From positions 301,630,001-301,694,000 of the forward strand of contig OZ024742.1 in assembly GCA_964016885.1 (NCBI GenBank): 64,000 bases of DNA, read 5' to 3'. The DNA comes from Eledone cirrhosa (taxonomy: Eukaryota). The position numbers were made by a program, and so were the translations under genes. A model generated the notes under the pieces. It was not told the origin of the DNA, searched no databases, and saw only the letters and a program-made list of their open reading frames with translations. Numbering within the stretch: position 1 is the first letter of the stretch; every line of letters starts with the position of its first letter. This document shows positions 37,001 to 48,500 of this stretch, one piece after another.

Positions 37001-40000
37001 TATACAACAAAATTTCTCTGCTGGATATGAACTTACAACTCATAAACTACCAGACCAAACTCTTCCTCAGCTCCCATTTCACACACATTGCAATCAGAGG
37101 GAAGACTAATTAACTAAATAAAGATTAAAATAATAATAATGAAAATTATTGTGTACAGTGCTCAGGTGCACTACAATTCATCAAAGATATAGTACATAGA
37201 ATATGTACAAATGGAAGGAAAGTGAACAGTGTATGAATTGTGATATACATACAGACATGCGATTGATAGGAGATACAAAGAAACAGACAAAATATGTACA
37301 GACCATACATACACCACATCCAGGTGGAAGACTGAGAAACTAAAATAATGGAGATTGGTAAGAGATAAAAAGAAACAAACAAAATACGTACAGACCAATC
37401 TATTGTAAAAATGTCAGCATCACTTAGATATTCACTTGCTCGTTCAATGTCCTCAATATTGTGGAAAAAATTGATGTAATTCTGTTGGAGGAATGTGGAG
37501 AACAGCTCTGCTGACAAATGGGATTTATCAACTACTTCCTGTAAAACAACAGAACATACAAGATTATTTTTATTCACAGTTTTATAAATAACATTACAAA
37601 TATGTTTTTAAAATATACATAAATTTTAGGAAAATATATTTTCAAGATAGCTATAATAATATATTTTTTATTATAGCTATCTTGAAAATATATTTTTCTA
37701 AAATTTATGTATATAGTTAAAGCATATTTGTAATATTATTTACAAACAAGATAAAACTGACAATCCATTAAGCTTGTAGTGGATGTGTTTAAGAAAAAAA
37801 CTTAAATGTGAGGAAAATCAGAAGGTAAAAAACAAAAGAAAAAACAACAGTTTGTTCAATAACAAGCAAGGAAAACTGTTTACAAATTATAGTCTTTTCC
37901 CCACTTCCTCTGCCAACTGCTACAGATCTTCCTCTTGCATTAACATTCAGTGTCTGAACTCAGAACACAACGTATCTCACCTACATATGTTCCCCCACAT
38001 TCTACTGAGTGCTCTGGGTGCATTTTATCCTGGCAAACTCTCAGATCAGCCAAGGGCCTGTATCTTGCTTACAGATATTCCCGCTCTCTACCAAGGGCAT
38101 TTATATTAGCACTGGCACTAGCGAGATCGACATGTCTTTGCAGAGTTCTCTCTATCCTTTCTATGTTAGTAGAATTGATTTAACCCTTTAGTATTTACAT
38201 TATTCTATATTTACTATTGTAGTTTTTTGGTAAACACTTTATTTCAAATAATTATCTCACATAATATTGAATCTGAGATTTTGATATTTATTTTGAGAAC
38301 AATACCTTAACATCAGTTTGAATAGAAAGAGGCGAGAGAATTCTGGCCAGATACAGCCAGTTTAAACGCTTCACTTTAAAGTATGTGCTAAGTCTATTAA
38401 TAACAATATGATGAATTAGCTAGGACTAAACAACAACTACTGAGCATTTAAAATACTCTGGTATAAAACCTGAGTCAAACAGATAGAAACAAAATAGAAC
38501 AGAGTAATACACTAACTTCAGGAACTTCAATTAATGGTAGCCTCTCATGATGGACTAAATGAGCAGGTAGCCGAGACTGGTTCTGTGAAGGATCTGTTTC
38601 ACCTGGAATAGCAGAAAATAGGACAATAGATATATAGAGAGCTCTATTTCACCTGGAATAGCAGAAGACAGGACAATAGATATATGGAGTTTTATAGATT
38701 GACAGCACCATCATACCACAACACCATCCCAACACAGTACCCTCCCACCACCATACCATACATAGATTGACAGTATCATGCCACCGTCCCAACATAATAC
38801 TACAACACCATCCAACCATCCCAACACAATACCACAATACCATCCCACCATACCACAATACCATACATAGATTGACAGTACCATCCCACTATCCCAACAC
38901 TACCACAATATCCCACAACAATACCATTCCACTATACCAACCCACCACAATACCATCCAGTTAATCCAAGGTAAGAGAAATAGATGTAAAAACAATGGAA
39001 GAGATAAAAACAACTTATACTTACGTTTACAATAAAGTATTTTTCCTAAAGCACGGAAGAGAAATAAGGACCCATCTTTGCCACCAATACATGGCATAGA
39101 CTGACCCTCACCGGAGGAAGAATCGGTACTTGTGGTGGCTTTCTGTTTCAAGTGGGAAGTTGATTTTGACTTGTGCTTTCGTTTCTGGGAGAATGTACCA
39201 ACAAGATCGGAAGTGTCTGAGATTGAAGAAGGATGATATTAAATATATTTATGTTCTCATAACAAAACAACAACAACAACAACACAAACCAATATATTGA
39301 AATGTGATGTCAAATAGAAAATTAGCAACTTCATGAATGCAAGGCATGCAATATATCATCATCAGGTCGAGCTTGCTCGGCTTTCTACGACACGTTTCCT
39401 CCATCCATCTCTGCCTCTCATAGCATTTGCCAATTCTTTCGCAGTTGTCCAGTATCGTCCTCAAGTTGCTTGACGTATGTCTTCTTGGGACGACCAGTGT
39501 TTCTTGCACCATGAGATGGACTCCATAACACATCACCTGCTATTTCTTCCTTGCTGCGCCAACAGTGGCCAGCAAATCTGAGTCTCTGTCCACGTATTGA
39601 CCTGCTGATAGTTGGTATATTGCCATAGAGATCCATATTTGTTGGGTGTTCCCTCCAAGACACGTTTAAAGCAGCACGGAGCATACGTGTGTATGCCCCG
39701 TCTAGCTTTTTCTCCAGTTTCGACGTTAGCGTCCAAGTGATAGAGCCATAAACAAGCACAGATTCCACAGCAGCTCTGAAGAAATTCCTTTTCAGTTAGG
39801 CCGGCAGGTTTGATTTCCATATTTTTTCCATTGCATTCAATGCTCCCCAGGCTTTTCCCAGTCTGATGTTAACATCATGTTCTGTGGAGGCGATATAGCT
39901 ACCCAGGTATTTGAAGTCGTCAACTTGCTTGATTATATCGCCGTTTAAACTTTGTATACCAACTGAGGAGTCTTGGTTCAGATAAATATATTCTGTTTTG

Positions 40001-43000
40001 CCTGCGTTGACAGAGTCCGATTTCCTTTGCAACTGATTCGATGCTGTGAAGTAGTGATATTGCATCCTTAAGGTAGTCAGCGAGGACCGCTAAATCATCC
40101 ACATAGTCAGCATCAGTGATTTTCTGAGCTGCATGGCGTCTACACTTTCGCTTTGTGAGAGTGAAACCAAGCTCTAAGTTTTCGTCCAGGGCTTTTCTCA
40201 ATACATAGTCGAGGCAGATGATAAAAATATATGGTGCAAGAGTATGCCCTTGGAGTACTCCTGCAATGATGTCAAAAAAGTTGGTATCTCCATCAGGTGA
40301 GCACACCATTGCGCGGGTGTTTTTATATAACATCATGATGGCATTTACTGTCTCCTTTGGCAAGCCATAGGCTAGAAGTATCTCTCTCATCCTCCCACGA
40401 TGGATGGAATTGAATGCTTTTGAAAAGTCAATAAACAGGAGAGTTGCTGGGAGGTTTTTGGTTTTTTACGCATTCCAAGATACGCCGAATAGTAAGTATT
40501 TGCCCTGATGTTGATCTGTTGGTGCGGAAGCCATTTTGGTTTTTTCTCAGCAAGGGGTCAATGACAGGTCTTATTCTGTCAAGCAACATGAGATTGTATA
40601 TCTCTGCGGCAATTGCCATTAGTGTTACGCCACGGTAGTTTTTAGCCATTCCAAGATCGCCCTTTTTGGGAAAAGGGAGTATACATCCCTCAGTCCATTT
40701 GTCTATGGGGTCTTGATTATAGACACCATTAAACAACTCTAGTAGGATTGGGTGAAATTCAGGTACCTTCCACACTTCAGCTGGGATCTCGTCGAGTCCG
40801 CACGCTTTTCCGTTACCAATACTTTTCACTGCTTTCTGTAGTTCCTCCATAGTGAAAGGACCTTTCTGTATTTGGTGTTCCTCTGTAAAAACGGGTATTA
40901 TTTCTTCTTCGATGATCTGTGGTGCTTTGCCAAGTAGGTTCTGAAAATGTTGTTGCCACAGTTTTAAACGTTCGTCTTGGCTGGAGGCTTTCAGTTTGGC
41001 TCTGTCACTACTTTTTCTGCCACTAATTTCATTGACAGTTTTCCAGACTTCAGCAGACCTCTTATTGCTGACAGTACTCGAGATATGATTAATCTTTCTC
41101 TGCATGTATTCGGCTTGCTCAATTTCATACTCACTTTTCAGTGTTGTACAAGTAGCATTGAAGTTACTAATGTTTTCTGGAGATCGTTGAGTGTCTTTCA
41201 ATTCTGCAGCTTTTCGCAACTCTTTGCGCTTTTGGCGTATCCTCTCTGTTTCCCAGAGTTTTCGTTTTTTAACCTTGGGTTTTAATATATACTTAAAATA
41301 TATAATAATCCTCACTGCCACCATCATAATTTAACAACCATTTAATAGCAATGGTTGGATGGGTGTGTTTTATCATGCACTAGCACTGCCAAACAAAAGA
41401 ATGGGAAGACTCTTCAGCTATACTGAGGACATAAGTTATCTAGTGTTGGCGTCATGATAAAATACACACAGTAGGGCGCAAGATCTCATGCCAGGCCCCT
41501 CTGAATATCAGAGATTCCACTTGAATACTGACCAATCTGTGACATGTCCAAACATTGCTAGCAGGAAAAAATGGCATTAAACCATGATGATGATTGTATT
41601 AGTGTTGTTGGAGTGCTGCTAACACCTTGTCAGAGTCTACTGTATAGGACCCAGCTAGTAAGAGGTATGGTAAATCTGGAGATCTTTGGTTAACACCTTT
41701 GTAATTGACTCACTACCTGCTTGCTTTGGGTTTACCTCAACAAAGCTAACCTAGGACTACCTACTAACACATTGAAATAACTACAAAAATTACAAAATGT
41801 GAATTTAACAAACCTTTTAAACAAGAAAACTGCAATGTATTGACAGCTCCTCTAATATCACCATTGCTGGACAGAGCTATAGATTCCAGAATAGTTTTAG
41901 ATGGCATCTTTACCTTACTAGAACTCTACAAAACAATATTACACAATTAAAATCATATATATCTATCTATATATATTGTGTGCAAAGCAGCCAAAGTATA
42001 TGATAAAGATATATCTGTATATATATATATATATAGAATGATAGATATATATAGAATAGAAGCACACACGACTGCATAAATGTGTATATAAATTTACACA
42101 TTTTTAGCATATAGACATGTAAACATACCAATATATATATATATATTCCTCTGTATATTGAAACAGTGAATAGAAAAGTGATGAAGAAAAGAGAAGTGAG
42201 GTGAAAGGAAATTAGAAGAGAGAATATGATGGGATAAATGTTAATATTATATTAAGTTCACTCTGTCAAAACATTCAATCATATTACCCACAATCAAAAT
42301 CTTAGTGAGGACTTAATGAGGGAGAGCAGTGCTCACGACACTTCCATGATTGATAAGTTATCCTCATCCTGGAAACCAGGTTCAAATACTTACAATAGAG
42401 TGGTAAACTAAAACAAAATTCTTAAGTATATGTTTAGTATGAAGTGTGTAATATAATTTAAAAAAACAAAAAAAAAGTTGACTGACCTTTGAAGATTCTT
42501 TTAAAGCTATTTTAGTAAGTACTTTGGTAAGAATGGTAAGTGCTACAGGGTTGAAACTGAAATAACAAGAACCCAAATTTATTTTGATCATTCAATGACA
42601 AGTTATTTAGGTCACTGTGGGATCCTATACCTTTCCACATATAAAGTCAGAAAATAGCACAGCTCCGATGACTTTCAGAAACATTTTTCACACTCAGAGT
42701 TGCTGAAGCATGGAACAAACTACCTGCATTGGTTGTTAGCTGTCGAGACACTGCATTCTTTAAAACCTCCATGTTTCCTGAACACTATACCTGATATCCC
42801 CCTCCATACACACGCACACATGTATATCATGACTCATACATTGTTAATTCATTTTCCTGACATTTGTACATTATTCTATGTACTATACATGCACCTTTGA
42901 TGAGTTGTAGTGCACATGAGCATTGTACACAATTTCATTATTATTATCTGTCTGACTCCCTAAAACTCGAGAACCACCCAACCGACTTTTTTCAAACTTT

Positions 43001-45483
43001 ACATATGTAATACTTATGGTCCTGTGAGTGTTTTGAGCAAAGAATATTTCAAATTTTCAATGTCCTAGGGACCGCATTACGTGATTCAGCGATCCCTCTC
43101 TATAATTCTTAGTCTTTCTTTTTAGATAGATACATAGATATAACGTTGCGCCCTTACAATATCTGTCTGGCTGTCTGCATTACGACATTATGACGCTATA
43201 TATGTGTGGGTGTGTGGGTGTATATATATAGTGTGTAACGTTTTTCGAAATATTTGCTTCTTGGTTTTTTTAGTTTCAGAAGATCCCGTTAAGGGTGAAA
43301 GCAGCGATTCTTCGCTTAAACTTTAAACTGTTATTTTAATATATATATATATACAATGATATTAAATAAATGGTAACTATATTTATAAAACTATATTTAT
43401 TTTATTATATATATTTCAAGGGTAACCAAGATAACATTGGTATGCTTTCATCAGATAAAATACAAGGTTTATTTTATAAATAGAGACATACCCATGAAAA
43501 CCATACCTTATCGGTTGGAAATTCACTGGATAGTGAATTTCCAACCGATAAGGTATGATTTTCATGGGTATGTCTCTATTTATAAAACAAACTTTGTATT
43601 TTATCTGATGAAAGCATACCAATGTTATCTTGGTTACCCTTGAAATATATATAATAAAATAAATTTAGTTTTATAAATATAGTTTCCATTTATTTAATAT
43701 CATTGAATATTTACTCCAGTAAACTGTTGAGTGCTCTAAATCAGTTATAAACATTTATATTTGTCGGACTTCCAACAAATTAAATACCACTTTTACTTAT
43801 CATCATCATCATCATTTTACGTCCACTTTCCCCTGCTTGCAAGGGTGGGACGGGAACTGATTCTGGCTTGATTTCTACAGCTGGATGCCCTTCCTAACAC
43901 CAACCTCATTTACAGTGAGTGCTGGGTGGTTTTTGCCGTAGCACATACACGACCACTTTTGCAGTGGAATGATAGGGACCCCAGTCCCTATCATCTCATT
44001 TCTACAGCTGAGTAAACTGGAGCAATGTGAAATAAAGTGTCTTGCTCAAGGAAACAACACATAACCCGGTCTGAGAATTGAACTCCCAACCTTTCGATTG
44101 CAAGGCCAATGCTCTAACCACTAAGCCATGTGCCTCCTCATATATATATATATATATTTCGTTTCTGTATATATATATATAATTATATATTCGTGTACAG
44201 ATATTTTTGCATACACAATAACAAAATATAAACAAACGGATTTATTTCACGAGGATCGATAAGGATAAATAGATATCAAATATATAAGAACCCTAGAGCA
44301 AATCCTGAGCAACGGCGGGCCATTCTGCTAGTTATTATTATATCCCTAATTCCGAGGTCGATAAAATAAAGTACCAGTAACGTACTGGGTAATTGCTGGC
44401 CTTGTGCCAAAAGTAGAAACAATTATTATATCCCTAATTCTTCTCATCTACAATTGTTTCTACATTTTGGCACAAGGCCAGCAATTATCCCAGTGCATTA
44501 CTGGTGCTTTATTTTATCGACCCCGTAAGGATGAAAGGCAAAGTTAACCTCGGCGGGATTTGAACTCAGATCATAAAGGGCCGTAACTCTATCCTGCAAA
44601 GCATGGCGTCTGATCTTCTATAATATCCCTCACCCTTCCCATCTGTAACATCCCTAAACCTTCTCATCCACAATATCCTAAAACCTCCCCTTGTATAATA
44701 TCCTTAAACCGTCTCATCTATATCCCTAAACCTTCCCTTGTATAATATCCTTAAATCTTCCCAAGGCTGACCTAGGGCTAAACAACAAAGCATTAGCAAG
44801 CAGTGTTGCTTAATTTTGTCATTTTATCTTCTGAAAAGAATTCCTCAGATTTTGTCCTGGAGAATCTAAAGAAAACTTACTTTATATAACTCATTCCAAT
44901 ACTGTGTTGGATCATAGAGGAAGTGAAGAAAGCTTACCTTATATGGCTCATTCCAATATTGTGTTGGAAGTCACTGGGAAACAAAAGTCTTTCATTGTGG
45001 CTACCACTTGAAGAATCACTTATTACAAACACCAGTGGGTTCAACCCTGTAGACATATATTTTCTGTAAAAACAAATTAAAAATAAATAGAAATTATATA
45101 TAAATATATGTGGGTTTGATAGATTGAAAATATTTTCCATGACATTTTTATAAAAAAACTATTATTCATATATATGTATGTACACATTTATTTGTATATA
45201 TAACATCAGATAGAATGCTTTGGTGTATTCATTCCAACTCTCTGCCCTCTAAGTTCAACTTTCATCCTTTCAAGGTCAATAAAAAAAAGTAGCAGTCTAG
45301 TATTAGGGTCGATTCTTCCGCTATATCTCTCACCCTCTCTCCTTCTCTGGAAGAAATCTGCTGTGTCCAAACCTAGAGAGGAAATGGGCTCTGCCAGATT
45401 TTAAAATGCTCAAGAAACACTATGTTAATGCCCTTACAACTCCACCAGGAATTACAGGTCCATACATTCATTCATACATATAT

Positions 45484-45523
<40 letters not shown>

Positions 45524-48500
45524 CATCAAACAAACCTATATTACTGGTACTAAGATGGGAAACAGTTATGGAGGAGGCTGGAAAACCAGTAATATATTGC
45601 TTTCAATACTACCAACTATGCTGTAAAGATATCTGGCTTGGTATCAATGTTATATATAAATATTATCCTCATATGATGGTGGTAGCAGGCAAAGAAAGGG
45701 GAGGAGTAAGTATCTGATTTAAAATAGGCACACTGTAGACCTGCATATTGTAGGGAACGACTAAAAAGATTTGTCAAGAAGGACATCCAGCTGTACAACA
45801 TTGTCTCAAAAAGTTTCATCCAACCTATGCCAGCAGCATGGAAAAGTTAACATAATGATGATGATAATTATAATTATTATTATTATTATTAGCGTGGAGT
45901 TATGGCCCTTTATGTTCTGAGTTCATATCCTATTGAGGTTAGCTTTGCCTTTCAAACCCTTACATGGTCGATAAAATAAAGTACCAGTAATGCACTGGGG
46001 TCGATTTAATCAACTTTTGCCTCTCCCCAAATTGCTGGACTTTTATTATTGTGGATTGGCAGTATCGGTAGAGGGTCGGACGCCATGCTTTGCAGCAAAG
46101 ATTCACGGCCCTTTATGGTCTGAGTTCAAATCCCGCCAACGTTAACTTTGCCTTTCATCCTTACAGGATCGATAAAATAAAGTACCAGTAATGCACTGGG
46201 TAATTGCTGGCCTTGTGCCAAAAGTAGAAACAATTATTATTATTATTATCATTAATGATTGGCTGAATCAAAATTGTGTCAAAAGTGCCCTGTAGACTTG
46301 GCTTACCAGGTGCTTATATTTTCATTACGAGCATTTGTCTCAAAGTAAAACAAAAAAAAAACACACACACACTAAGTCGATTTTATGGGCAATAGTTTAA
46401 GATCGCTTGAATGGTGAATACTTACTGGATAATAGAATGAAAACTAGCAGGATCCTGGAAAAATATATTTGGATAATCCTGAAAAACCAAAGTTAATGAC
46501 AATAAATCTTACCATGAAGTTCATTACATTTTATAAGTTTAATTCTCCACTCAAAACAGGGTTTTGCATGATGAAAACAAATATAGAGTCATTTCTCTAT
46601 CTATAGCCATGGCTGTGTTTAACCATGTCTGTGCCTATAGCTATGTCAGCATCTATAGCTATATATGTTCCTATAGCTATGTCAGTTCCTATAGTTATGC
46701 CAGTGCCTATAGCCATGTCTGGGCCCATAGCCGTGTCTGTATCTATAGCCATGTCTGTGCCTATAGCTATGTCAGTTTCTATAGCTATATATGTTCCTAT
46801 AACTATGCCAGTGCCTATAGCCATGTCTGTGCCTATAGCCATGTCTGTGCCTATAACTATGCCAGTGCCTATAGCCATGTCTGTGCCTATAGCCATATCT
46901 GTGCCTATAGCCATGTCTGTGCCTATAGCCATGTCTGCACCAATAGCTACATCAGTGTCTATAGCTATGCCTGTGTCTGTAGTTATAGCTGTACCTATCA
47001 CTGTATCTGTAGAGTCAAATATATTATTATAAAAGAGTGTTGGCTATGACCTTAAGATTTGCTAGTCTCAAGGCTTGTTCAAATGTTAAAATGATAATGA
47101 TGATCCAATATTGAGTCCTCACATCAGTAAATACTTATTACTCATCATTTATCAACCCCATATTTAACCCTCTTATGAGCATATTTCTAATAAAATACAC
47201 TATTTCAATTAATGAAGAATTTTTAAGGTTTTACTAAAATTATCTGACAAGGTTTTTCCTGGTTGTCCTCTACTACAGCTTCACCCACTATTCAACATCT
47301 ATATGCATCACATGTCCATACTAACACAGTCTTCTCTCCTGCACACTAGATATGATTCTTCTTATATTCAATTTTTCTCTCAGTTCATCAATACCCTGTT
47401 GTTCATGCATATTAACATTACATATCCAAAAAAGCATGCTTACTTCATTTCTCTCCAGCCTCTGCCCATGTCTCACTACCATGTAACATTTCACTTCTCA
47501 CACAGGCATCATATAATCCTTCACTCAGAACAACCCTTCAGTTTTCAACAGAGGTAGCAGCTATGTCTATAAATTGCTAATAATCTCAGGATACAAACCT
47601 CAACAAGGATAATCTTTCTTTGAAACTGTTCACAACCAAGAAGGTCCAACCGTTTGTATTTGCTAGCTCGCAAAAGGAAATCTTTGAAAAGATTGATCTG
47701 TGATTCATAGTTAGAACCCTCCATACTGGAATAATCTGGAAAGAAATGTCAAATATATTTATTTCAAATGTTGTTTTCAAAAGAAATTAAATATTATACA
47801 GAAATGGGAAATTTCAGAATGAAATTTTAATGATAAAATTCAGGTTTTTATAATTCAAAAAGTTTGGGCAAAACTTGAAAATTGAAATTGAACTTTGATT
47901 TGAATTTTTTTCTATTTTTTCTTACAATCAAGTTTGAATTTAAATTTCAGGTTTTAAAATCTCTACTTAAATTTCTCTTTCCAACAAAATAATTTTATTT
48001 ATTTTTCAGTTCTAACCATTTTGGAACTTGATATTGTAGAAACTGAAGATTAAATTATTGGGCAGCAACTCTGAATAAAAACTGACTTAGACCACATTGT
48101 ACATACGTCCCCCCACACTACCAAGTTCATTGAGTGCTTTTTATCATGACACCAGTACTAGGAAAGTTGTTATGTCTGACATAAATGCAGAGTCTTTTCA
48201 CTCACTTGTTTGACAAGTTTTCTACAGCTGGATGCCCTTCTTATCACTAACAATTTTACAGAAATCCTCACAATTATATTGTAAATACTCCATAAATTAA
48301 CCATTTACAAACTCTACCTACATGCTGTACTCCATCAATCAACTCTTCACAAATTCTACTAACCAGCTGTATTCCCTGTATTGGAGAAAGTTTCAAAGGT
48401 AGAAGTGAGAGGGTTAGTCCATTCTTCAACATCACATTTGTACTTATTTGCAAGGACTTTAAGAGTTGTTGTCTTCCCAACACCAGAAGGTCCAGTCAGT

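Larger units (their letters stand above)
43354..43705. repeat. 352-bp near-perfect palindrome (174-bp arms, GGAT loop); inverted Penelope-like terminal repeats
   Basis: The arms mirror around 43528-43531 (the ORF track shows mirror-image ORFs). The arm sequence is homologous to the single copy at 22880-23060. Confidence 0.92.
42947..44331 (+). mobile_element. Helitron-like element hosting the palindrome and a SINE
   Basis: Begins TC and ends 'gagcaacggcgggccattctgCTAG|t'. Internal pieces are shared with 5479-6060. Confidence 0.45.
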
